64,000 nucleotides of DNA from the NCBI GenBank assembly GCA_003518365.1, contig DOYU01000021.1, positions 492-64,491 on the forward strand, in the 5' to 3' direction. The notes beneath the pieces are model-generated. The model saw only the letters and a program-made list of their open reading frames with translations, had not been told where the DNA came from and did no database searches. Both the position numbers and the translations under genes were made by a program. Each line of letters opens with the position of its first letter. Position 1 is the first letter of the stretch. Shown here one piece after another: positions 56,129 through 64,000 of the stretch. This DNA is from Candidatus Magasanikiibacteriota bacterium (GTDB taxonomy: Bacteria; Patescibacteriota; Patescibacteriia; Magasanikbacterales; UBA922).

Positions 56129-56515
56129 TTATCGCTTATCTACTGACTGAAATCCAAGCGAAAGGGAATTGATACAATACCGCTTACCAGTCTCTGTCGG
56201 ACCGTCGTCAAAGATGTGGCCAAGATGAGAACCACACTGTGCGCAGCGTACTTCTGTTCTCGTCATGCCCAGAGTAGTATCATCGAGAAATGTCACTGTC
56301 CCCTCTCCCATATCACGATCAAAACTCGGCCATCCACAATGGGAGTCAAATTTTGCGCCAGAAGCAAATAACACATTGCCGCAAGCTGCACATGTGTAGG
56401 ATCCGTCTTCTTTGTGATCGAGAAATTTGCCGGAAAATGGCGCTTCGGTACCACGTTCTCTAAGAATGTGATATTGTTCTTGGGTAAGTTTCTCTCTGAA
56501 CTCTTGGTCGTTCAT
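56129..56515 (-). CDS. msrB: peptide-methionine (R)-S-oxide reductase
   Basis: YTCAACGNVLF...FDSHCGWPSF...RCAQCGSHLGHIFDDGP is the SelR fold with both CxxC pairs. Start trimmed to MNDQEFREKLT at 56515. Confidence 0.9.
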   Translation of the reverse strand: MNDQEFREKLTQEQYHILRERGTEAPFSGKFLDHKEDGSYTCAACGNVLFASGAKFDSHCGWPSFDRDMGEGTVTFLDDTTLGMTRTEVRCAQCGSHLGHIFDDGPTETGKRYCINSLSLGFQSVDKR

Positions 56516-56650
56516 ATAGGGAGGTGTGAGAAAGTACAATGTATAGGTTCATCGTACGTCGAATTGGCAGGTTGGTCAACTCACAGCATTGTATTGACTA
56601 CTTGACGGGAATACGGTATAGTTAGCCTCGCAAAAAACAATGGATTTTAT

Positions 56651-56727
56651 GCGCGCCTAGCTCAGTTGGTTAGAGCATCTCGTTTACACCGAGAGGGTCG
56701 GGGGTTCGAATCCCTCGGCGCGCACCA
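56651..56727 (+). tRNA. trnV: tRNA-Val (anticodon TAC) with encoded CCA
   Basis: Perfect 7-bp acceptor GCGCGCC/GGCGCGC, anticodon stem TCTCG/CGAGA, loop TTTACAC, T-loop TTCGAAT, 3' ACCA. Confidence 0.85.
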
Positions 56728-56748
56728 AGAACATAAGCAATAAACACT

Positions 56749-56809
56749 AAACAATAAACAGTCGTTACTCAAAATTGTTTATTGCCTGCTGTTTATTGTT
56801 TATTTTTTT
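56749..56809 (+). terminator. Inter-tRNA hairpin with T-tract
   Basis: AAACAATAAACAG...CTGTTTATTGTTT 13-bp inverted repeat followed by ATTTTTTTC. Confidence 0.45.
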
Positions 56810-56812
56810 CAT

Positions 56813-56885
56813 GCCGTCATAGCTCAGTTGGTAGAGCGCATCCATGGTAAGGATGAGGTCTCGGGTTCGATTCCCGATGTCGGCT
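56813..56885 (+). tRNA. trnT: tRNA-Thr (anticodon GGT)
   Basis: Cloverleaf with anticodon stem CATCC/GGATG, loop ATGGTAA, T-loop TTCGATT. The acceptor stem has one T-T mismatch (5:68). No encoded CCA. Confidence 0.7.
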
Positions 56886-56887
56886 CA

Positions 56888-56922
56888 AAAAAAACATTGC
56901 TACATCAAGCAATGTTTTTTTT
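56888..56922. terminator. Bidirectional rho-independent terminator after tRNA-Thr
   Basis: AAAAAAAACATTGCT-ACATCA-AGCAATGTTTTTTTT: a perfect 9-bp stem between an A-tract and a T-tract. Confidence 0.75.
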
Positions 56923-57148
56923 GCAATCAATGTTTGAACTGAGCATCAAGAATATTCTATTCATTTTCAATACATCTCACACCAACAAAAAAGTACCTCG
57001 CTCATCACCAAAATTCCTCCTATATATTTATTCATAACATAGACATGTTAGCATCTACTACTCTAAGTCAAACCATGCCTTATACGCTCTACATCTCCTA
57101 CACATTATGTGATATACTCTTATCAATAATGACCTCCTCTGCCTGTCT

Positions 57149-58501
57149 ATGCCAGCAGCTATTTCAATTCACAATCTTTCTGTTACCTATTTTCCTGGAA
57201 AGAGCAATGAAGTAAAAGCACTCAGTAATGCTACTCTTGATATTTATTCAGGAGAATTTATTATTTTTTTTGGTCCTTCTGGTTGTGGAAAATCCACCCT
57301 CCTCTACACTATTGCTGGTCTTGAAAGACCCACAGAAGGAGAAGTTGTTGTCCAAAATTTAACATTGCATGACCTGAAAAATAAAGAACTAGAATATTAT
57401 CACCAGTTTACCACCGGCATGGTCTTTCAGGCGTTTCATCTGATTCCCTCTCTGAGTGTTGAAAAAAATATCTTGTTGCCGCAAATCGCAGTCGGAGGAA
57501 AACGGAAGGAACGCCAAGCAGAAGCAGAACGCCTCATGAAATATTTTGGCGTGTATGAACAACGAGGCAAATTGCCAAACGAACTTTCCGGTGGGCAGCA
57601 GCAACGTGTTGCTATTTGTCGTTCGCTCATCAATGATCCTGAAATTATCTTTGCTGATGAACCGGTCGGAAATCTTGATTCAAAATCAGCACAAGACGTG
57701 CTTGCCCTTATTCAAGAATTGAACATCAAACAAAAAAAGACGATCATTCTCGTCACGCATGATCCTTCCCACCTCGATATAGCGGATCGCGTGTTCTTTA
57801 TGAAAGATGGGAAAATCATTAATACCAAGGAAAATCCCAACAAACGACACATTACGCCAGGTGAACTCGCTGCGGCTCCAGCACCACCAAAGACAAACCT
57901 CGAATTGGTCTCCACATCATTTACCAAAGAAGGTGCCTTTGGGCTGGAAGGCATGTTGCTCGACTATACAGCAAAAGAAATTGTTGCAGAGGCACTCACT
58001 GGATTTACGGCAGAAGAAATCAATCGTATCGAACAGTATGTGAAGTCATATCTGACCGATGTAAAAGCAAAACCGAGCACATTGCAGGAATATCTCAATG
58101 AAGATTATATGACAGCCAATGGATTGGCTCTCAATAAACGCTCTGCCAAAAGGCTGACAACCTTGCTCACGCATACAGCAAAGGAAATGCGTGACCTTCA
58201 CGACAGAGTTATCAGCAAACATAAGAAAAAACCAAACTATGCAGCAGAACTACGCTACTATTTGCTCGGGACGTTTGATGTGTCACTGAGAAATACTGAG
58301 GCAATTGATGCCATGGATGCCGTTATCAAGGATAGAATCAATGACAGGACAGATAGAAAAGGCGCGCAAGCGATGTTTGAGTTGCCTATCTCTCGTGGGG
58401 GTGTAGGTCTTCGCAAAAGAGTTGCAAGAAAAATGGCAAAGCACCTCGACGTGGTATTACTCGCAAGATATCGTGTTGAAAAAAAGGCAAAAAAAATATA
58501 A
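57149..58501 (+). CDS. ABC transporter ATP-binding protein with a C-terminal extension of about 220 aa of unknown fold
   Basis: [11 protein letters not shown] (Walker A), [26 protein letters not shown]. After residue 230 there is a Lys/Arg-rich helical extension with no transporter homology. Confidence 0.75.
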   Translation: MPAAISIHNLSVTYFPGKSNEVKALSNATLDIYSGEFIIFFGPSGCGKSTLLYTIAGLERPTEGEVVVQNLTLHDLKNKELEYYHQFTTGMVFQAFHLIPSLSVEKNILLPQIAVGGKRKERQAEAERLMKYFGVYEQRGKLPNELSGGQQQRVAICRSLINDPEIIFADEPVGNLDSKSAQDVLALIQELNIKQKKTIILVTHDPSHLDIADRVFFMKDGKIINTKENPNKRHITPGELAAAPAPPKTNLELVSTSFTKEGAFGLEGMLLDYTAKEIVAEALTGFTAEEINRIEQYVKSYLTDVKAKPSTLQEYLNEDYMTANGLALNKRSAKRLTTLLTHTAKEMRDLHDRVISKHKKKPNYAAELRYYLLGTFDVSLRNTEAIDAMDAVIKDRINDRTDRKGAQAMFELPISRGGVGLRKRVARKMAKHLDVVLLARYRVEKKAKKI

Positions 58502-58520
58502 TACGTAATGACTGGCTCGC

Positions 58521-59810
58521 ATGAAAAAAGATGTGAACACAATCTCACAAAAAAACACCCCAATTGCGGGGGGACAACCTCATCCAAAAAGAAAACGGAT
58601 GGCTTTTCAAGATGTGTTGATGCTCTCTACGCGTACATTTCGGACAAGACCCTTGCGTACATCACTCACCATTTTAGGTATGAGTGTTGGTATAGGTGCC
58701 GTCTTATTTTTGGTATCCCTGGGATATGGTCTCCAAGAAACGGTATTAAATCGTATTACAACCGCAGATGCCCTCCTCAGTCTCGACGTCAGCCCAGGAG
58801 ATACAGAACTCATCCAACTCAATAATCAGAGTATCGACAAGATAGCTTCTTTGGAGCATGTTGAAGAAGTGAGTCCTGTGGCAGCACTTCCTTCTCAGAT
58901 TGCTTACGGAGAACTGACAGGTGTCGTCACGATGTACGGCGTCAAACCATCCTTTTTTGGTCTGAGTGGTCTGAACCCCATGATTGGTGACTTCTTTTCA
59001 GACGAAGATCTGAATAATGGACGCCATGATATAGTCGTATCGTCTGCGTTGTCGGCAATATTTGATGTTCCTCCAGAAGACATGATTGGACACAACGTCA
59101 CGCTCACAGCCTTTTTGCCATTCATCGATGAGGCTGGATTTGAAGAAATAAAAACAGTAGACATTCCTGCAACATTTACCATCAGTGCCGTCATTGACGA
59201 TGAAGGAGAAAGCTTTATTTACGCACCATCATCATTGCTCGAAGGAATCCAAGTGAATACCTACATAGGCATAAAGGTAAAAGCGACAGATCCTGAATAT
59301 ATGAGTGCACTCAGAGATCAAATTATTGAAATGGGATTCTTTGTATCAGTCCTCCAAGATACCATTGATCAAGTAACAAAAATCTTCACCATTATTCAGG
59401 TAGTCCTCGGATTGTTTGGTCTCATAGCTCTCATCGTCTCTGCGATTGGGATGTTTAATACGATGACGGTCATGCTCCTCGAAAGAACGAATGAAATCGG
59501 TATTATGCGCTCTATTGGCGTCACAAAAAGTGACGTAAAAAAACTCTTTATTATTGAAGCAATGGTAATGGGATTTTTAGGTGGTTTTGGTGGAGTTGCC
59601 CTCGGTCACATTGGAGGTGTTTTAGCAAATGTAGGGGTAAACATCCTCGCAAAAAGTTTTGGTGGACAAGCACTGGACCTCTTCTCATACCCCTCAATAT
59701 TTATCCTTGTAATCGTCATTTTTTCAACAATTATTGGACTTCTCACCGGTCTCTTCCCTGCTCGACGTGCCGGCAAGCTCAAACCCCTCGATGCGCTCAG
59801 ATATAAGTAA
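58521..59810 (+). CDS. ABC transporter permease, FtsX/MacB-type
   Basis: TRPLRTSLTILGMSVGIGAVLFLVSLG (TM1), periplasmic domain, C-terminal FtsX 3-TM (NEIGIMRSIGVTKSDV). The start may be the Met at 58599. Confidence 0.75.
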   Translation: MKKDVNTISQKNTPIAGGQPHPKRKRMAFQDVLMLSTRTFRTRPLRTSLTILGMSVGIGAVLFLVSLGYGLQETVLNRITTADALLSLDVSPGDTELIQLNNQSIDKIASLEHVEEVSPVAALPSQIAYGELTGVVTMYGVKPSFFGLSGLNPMIGDFFSDEDLNNGRHDIVVSSALSAIFDVPPEDMIGHNVTLTAFLPFIDEAGFEEIKTVDIPATFTISAVIDDEGESFIYAPSSLLEGIQVNTYIGIKVKATDPEYMSALRDQIIEMGFFVSVLQDTIDQVTKIFTIIQVVLGLFGLIALIVSAIGMFNTMTVMLLERTNEIGIMRSIGVTKSDVKKLFIIEAMVMGFLGGFGGVALGHIGGVLANVGVNILAKSFGGQALDLFSYPSIFILVIVIFSTIIGLLTGLFPARRAGKLKPLDALRYK

Positions 59811-59864
59811 TATCATGCACAATGTGTCTCATATCGAAAAATCCTTTAGGTAAGGGCTTTTCTA

Positions 59865-59893
59865 TTGACAAGAACAACAGGATCCGCTATACT
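59865..59893 (+). promoter_or_regulatory. sigma70-like promoter TTGACA-17-TATACT upstream of typA
   Basis: -35 at 59865-59870, exact 17-nt spacer, -10 at 59888-59893. A leader hairpin ATTCTCC-AGCTC-GGAGAAT follows. Confidence 0.55.
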
Positions 59894-59963
59894 TGTGCCC
59901 TATAGAGATTCTCCAGCTCGGAGAATTTTATTATAAAAAAATTACGAACTAGTACCACAAGAT

Positions 59964-61748
59964 ATGGATATTCGAAATATCGCCATCATCGCACACGTAG
60001 ACCATGGCAAAACCACCCTCACAGACGCCCTCCTCCGCCAAACAGGGATGATTGAGGAAACAGGCAGTATGGATAGTAACTCGCTTGAACAAGAGCGAGG
60101 TATTACGATTTATGCAAAAAACACCACGCTCTATTACAAAGATGTAAAAATCAATATCGTTGACACACCAGGCCATGCGGATTTTGGCTCAGAAGTAGAA
60201 CGAGTCCTCCGATCGATTGATTCTGTGATCCTCGTTGTAGATGCACAGGAAGGGCCAATGCCACAGACAAAATTTGTCTTGAAAAAAAGTCTCGAGCTTG
60301 GTCTCAAGCCGCTTGTGGTACTCAATAAAATTGACAAACCTGCAGCAAGACCAGACGAAGTCCATGAAGAAGTACTGGAATTATTTATGGATCTTGGTGC
60401 CAATGATGAACAAATGAACTTCCCGTATTGTTATGCCATCGGCAAACAAGGAATTGCGAAAAAAACACTCGACGATGCATCAACTGATATGAATCCCCTC
60501 CTGGATCTCATTCTCGAGCACGTTCAGCCAGCACCTCATGACATCACTGTCCCATTTCGCATGCAACCCTTCAATCTTGCCTATGATGACTTTGTTGGTC
60601 GTCTTGCGATTGGACGTATTTACGAAGGAATTGTGCATGTCGGTGATAAAGTCATTATCAAAAAACCAACAGGTGAAACACGCAGTGGCACGATTACAAA
60701 ACTGCAGCAATTCAAAGGGTTTGATCGTGTTGACGCCACAGAAGCGCTTGCTGGTGACATTGTCATGTTAGCAGGCATTGCAGACATCGATATTGGAGAA
60801 ACCATCTGTCACAGCGCCAATCAAGAACCACTCCCAGCGATTCATGTGGATGAGCCAACTATCGGGATTGACTTTTTAGTCAATAATTCTCCCTTTGCCG
60901 GCAAAGAAGGAAAATTTGTCACGACAAGACAGATCAAAGAACGACTTGAAAAAGAATTGGAAATTAATGTAGGGCTCAAAATCGACTTTTCTGAATCAGA
61001 CAAATTCAAAGTCTATGGCCGTGGAGAACTCCATATTGCTATTTTGCTTGAACAAATGCGCAGAGAAGGATTTGAATTGCAAGTCAGCCAGCCACAGGTT
61101 ATTATCAAAGAAATCGAAGGCGTCAAAAGCGAACCATTTGAAGAAGTCACGATCGATATTCCTGAAGAATTCACGGGAACGATTATCGAAAAATTGAGTA
61201 AACGCAAAGGTCTCATGACAAACATGGTCTCAAAAAACGGCCATGCGCGTCTTACCTTTGAAATTCCTTCTCGTGGCCTCCTTGGTTACCGTGGTCAATT
61301 TATCATGGACACAAAAGGCGAAGGTATCATGGCAAGCCAAGGCGCAGGGTTCCGTAAATATGTTGGAGAGATAGAAAAACGAAATGTTGGCTCTATGATC
61401 TCCATGGTCACAGGCAAAGCGCTTGGCTATTCACTCGCAAATCTCCAAGAACGAGGTGCCCTCTATATCGGACCAAACGTCGAAGTATACGAAGGTATGG
61501 TCATCGGAAATACTGCAAAGGGAGAAGACATGGCGGTCAATCCTATCAAAGGAAAGCAACTCACCAATATGCGTGCCAGTGGTACGGATGAGGCGCTGAA
61601 CCTGACACCACCATTGGACATGACGCTTGAACGTGCGCTGGAAACCATTGCAGAAGACGAATACCTTGAAATCACGCCATTAAGTGTCCGCATTCGAAAA
61701 CAATTTCTTACAGAAAATGATCGAAAGAGATCCGGACGCAAGGCCTAG
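59964..61748 (+). CDS. typA: translational GTPase TypA/BipA
   Basis: IRNIAIIAHVDHGKTTL (G1), DTPGHADF (G3), NKIDK (G4), EF-G-like domains; C-terminus specific to BipA. Confidence 0.95.
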   Translation: MDIRNIAIIAHVDHGKTTLTDALLRQTGMIEETGSMDSNSLEQERGITIYAKNTTLYYKDVKINIVDTPGHADFGSEVERVLRSIDSVILVVDAQEGPMPQTKFVLKKSLELGLKPLVVLNKIDKPAARPDEVHEEVLELFMDLGANDEQMNFPYCYAIGKQGIAKKTLDDASTDMNPLLDLILEHVQPAPHDITVPFRMQPFNLAYDDFVGRLAIGRIYEGIVHVGDKVIIKKPTGETRSGTITKLQQFKGFDRVDATEALAGDIVMLAGIADIDIGETICHSANQEPLPAIHVDEPTIGIDFLVNNSPFAGKEGKFVTTRQIKERLEKELEINVGLKIDFSESDKFKVYGRGELHIAILLEQMRREGFELQVSQPQVIIKEIEGVKSEPFEEVTIDIPEEFTGTIIEKLSKRKGLMTNMVSKNGHARLTFEIPSRGLLGYRGQFIMDTKGEGIMASQGAGFRKYVGEIEKRNVGSMISMVTGKALGYSLANLQERGALYIGPNVEVYEGMVIGNTAKGEDMAVNPIKGKQLTNMRASGTDEALNLTPPLDMTLERALETIAEDEYLEITPLSVRIRKQFLTENDRKRSGRKA

Positions 61749-61852
61749 GCACATATACTCCTGGAAGCCCCTGTTATCTACATAGCAGGGGCTTTTGTAT
61801 TGCAATGAAAGAAATGAGTGATACCGTGCGTATTACATCATAGAGGAAAAGT

Positions 61853-62449
61853 GTGTATACTCTCAGCATGACTGATTATTCTGCCGATACAGATGAATCC
61901 CTTGCTCTGCGCTCGACGACCGATCACGACGCATTTGGAGCACTCGTTGGGCGATATGAGCAAAAGCTCTATCGCTATGTTCGTCGTATCACAGATGCGA
62001 GTCATGAAGAGTGTGAAGATATTTTGCAAGAAATTTTTTTAAAAACATATCGCTATCTACATAATTTTGATGATTCACTTTCATTTTCTTCATGGATCTA
62101 TCGAATAGCACACAATGAAACGATCAGCCACTTCCGAAAACGATCAGTAAGACCACAGACCATCCGAGAAGAAGATGGGACTCTCTACCTCCAAAATATT
62201 GAAGCAGATATGGATATTGCCGCAGAGATAGATACCAAAGCTCTTCAACAACAAATTCAAAAAATCCTAGATACCCTTGGCCCAAAATATAAAGATGTTC
62301 TCCTCCTGAGATACCTCGAAGAAAAAAATTATCAAGAAATTTCAGATATTCTCAAAATACCCGTAAAAACAGTAGGGACAAGAATCAATAGAGCAAAAAA
62401 ACAACTGCATCAGAGTATTACAGAACAGGGCCTGTTCATTACTCCATAA
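61853..62449 (+). CDS. ECF-type sigma factor (third copy)
   Basis: FGALVGRYEQKLYRYVRRI...EDILQEIFLKTYRYL (region 2), LLLRYLEEKNYQEISDILKIPVKTVGTRINRAKKQL (region 4). Confidence 0.8.
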   Translation: MYTLSMTDYSADTDESLALRSTTDHDAFGALVGRYEQKLYRYVRRITDASHEECEDILQEIFLKTYRYLHNFDDSLSFSSWIYRIAHNETISHFRKRSVRPQTIREEDGTLYLQNIEADMDIAAEIDTKALQQQIQKILDTLGPKYKDVLLLRYLEEKNYQEISDILKIPVKTVGTRINRAKKQLHQSITEQGLFITP

Positions 62450-62453
62450 TCAT

Positions 62454-63239
62454 ATGGATATCAAACAAAAAATCCTAGATACAATCAAAAACGAACACAT
62501 CACCCCTATTCCCGCATGGAAATTCTTCATGGGGACATATGGCTTATGGATGCTTTCTGGAGTGCTTCTCATACTCGGTTCCTTTGGTGTGGCATCGATT
62601 GTTTTTCTCTTTACAAAAAATGATTGGGATATTTATACCGAATTGTCTGAATCAAAATTCACACATATTGTATCAACACTCCCCTATTTGTGGCTTGCCA
62701 TTTTTGTCATCATGCTCATTTTGCTCTATGTCGATATTCGTCATACAAAACGAGGATATTCCTATACATCACTGCATCTTTTCTTCGCAGCATTAGGAGC
62801 AAGCATACTCCTCGGGTTTGGGCTTCATGTGATAGGCGTTGGACAAAAAATCGACACGATCATCACAAAAACAGACCCCCACTATGCTCACATGTTCAAT
62901 CCTCGCCTGAGAGCGTTGAGCCAGCCAGAAAAAGGTATTCTTATGGGAAAGGTCACCAACATAGAGACTATATCCTCGACAACAACACGCATGTATGTCG
63001 AAAATCCTCTCTTAGAAGGTACCTGGGTTGTGATTGTTCAGCCAACAACTATTCTTCCACCCTCAGGAATACAGATTCAAGATCGTATTCGTGTACTTGG
63101 AGAAGAAATAAAAGATGTCGACACAGCAGAACATCAATTTTTTGCTCACATCATCCTTCCCTTTGACACACTCGGCATAGAACCAGGATGGAAAAGACGG
63201 AACATGCAACCACCCCCTCTCCAACGTCCTATCCGCTAA
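62454..63239 (+). CDS. membrane protein downstream of the ECF sigma (anti-sigma candidate)
   Basis: 5-nt gap after the sigma gene. Four TM helices, then a soluble C-terminal domain. No family recognised. Confidence 0.4.
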   Translation: MDIKQKILDTIKNEHITPIPAWKFFMGTYGLWMLSGVLLILGSFGVASIVFLFTKNDWDIYTELSESKFTHIVSTLPYLWLAIFVIMLILLYVDIRHTKRGYSYTSLHLFFAALGASILLGFGLHVIGVGQKIDTIITKTDPHYAHMFNPRLRALSQPEKGILMGKVTNIETISSTTTRMYVENPLLEGTWVVIVQPTTILPPSGIQIQDRIRVLGEEIKDVDTAEHQFFAHIILPFDTLGIEPGWKRRNMQPPPLQRPIR

Positions 63240-63375
63240 GAACCACATACAAAGAGAAAAGAGAGAGGCACATACGCTTCTCTCTTTATTATGAAAGAAA
63301 ATATGAGAAGGATACGTACTATATAGCAGAAGGGCCCGAGAACAACAATCTATACTCAATAATTCATATCTCCTA

Positions 63376-64000
63376 TGAACAAGCCACAAATAACGACAAC
63401 AGCAGCCATTCTCTTTGCCGTTGCAACTATGGGAATTGGTCTGGCAAATGCACAAGGAAGTGCATCTTCAGAAGGAGCAAATCCTCCTCAACGATCTTTT
63501 GGACAAGCACAACATCAACGCATGGATCAGGTACTCGAAGCCACAGATTATGCATCATTTGTCGATGAAGTAGGCACTGATGCAAAAATTCTTGACGTCA
63601 TTACTGAAGACAATTTTGGTCAATTCCTCAAAATGCATGAACTCATGCAATCCGGAGATTTAGACGGTGCAAAGACTATTGCAGATGAGCTAGACATGCC
63701 ATATGGAATGAAAGACATGCGTCAGGATGGAAGAGGAAGAGGTGCAGAAGGTATGGGACAAAGAGGTGGTAACAGAGGACAACTTTCAGAAGAAGAAAGA
63801 ACTGCGGTAGACGCAGCGATGGAATCTGGAGATTACCAGGCTTTTATAAAAGCACATGGAGCAGATTCAGATATAACATCTCGAGTGAGTGAAGAACAAT
63901 TCAAGGACATGGTGACTCGTCATAAAGAAAATGAAACACGCCGAGATGCAGTACAGGCATCCATTGATGCACGAGATTACGACTCCTTTGTGAAAGCAGT
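63376..64000 (+). CDS. secreted repeat protein; 3' end runs off the window edge
   Basis: MNKPQITTTAAILFAVATMGIGLANAQG signal peptide. Recurrent DYxSF(V/I) motifs (TDYASFVDE, GDYQAFIKA, RDYDSFVKA). Open through the window end, so it is not in the ORF track. Confidence 0.45.

Noticed and set aside
56813-56885. tRNA-Thr flagged as a possible pseudogene because of the T-T mismatch at acceptor positions 5:68
   Set aside because: All other stems and loops are canonical and single acceptor mismatches occur in functional tRNAs. It may also reflect my manual reading. Kept as a tRNA with reduced confidence.
1-64000. CRISPR array search
   Set aside because: No run of three or more regularly spaced 25-45 nt direct repeats. 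All repeats found are irregular, dispersed, or palindromic terminator-type.

Overview
This window looks like low-GC chromosomal DNA (standard code, TGA used as stop) from a small-genome bacterium, possibly Patescibacteria/CPR-like; that assignment is tentative. Most of the window is housekeeping genes. Genes identified: a KH-domain protein with rpsP, smc, a DHH (Asp-His-His) phosphoesterase, clpP, an amino-acid permease, a CAP/SCP-domain protein, guaB followed by a fused purA-purB ORF, glycoside hydrolases, proABC, three ECF (extracytoplasmic-function) sigma factor/anti-sigma-like pairs, two MacAB-like ABC efflux modules, ABC-F, rarA, msrB, rpmG, typA and three tRNAs. The main accessory feature is a low-GC island of about 10 kb next to tRNA-Trp (about 21.4-31.3 kb). 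It holds a tightly packed 7-gene plus-strand operon: XRE HTH, a RhuM/Fic-like protein, an M.EcoRI-like adenine methyltransferase, a DUF262+HNH (GmrSD-like) nuclease, a DUF2779 PD-(D/E)xK nuclease-like protein, and a SIR2 plus HerA-like ATPase pair. The DUF2779 gene is translationally coupled to SIR2-HerA. That coupling and the methyltransferase/DUF262-HNH pairing are the best candidates for an undescribed defence configuration. Other notable features are three tandem, visibly high-GC secreted-lipoprotein paralogs with duplicated flanks. A repeated structured intergenic element of about 135 nt occurs in 2.5 copies and shows compensatory stem changes. A large nested palindrome of about 300 nt follows clpP. 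There is a second high-GC islet carrying a 2OG-oxygenase-like gene. A small GIY-YIG gene is bracketed by palindromic direct repeats, and there is a hicBA toxin-antitoxin pair. No CRISPR array, rRNA, integrase or transposase was found. All coordinates come from the supplied ORF track plus manual reading; GC statements are by-eye estimates, not computed values.
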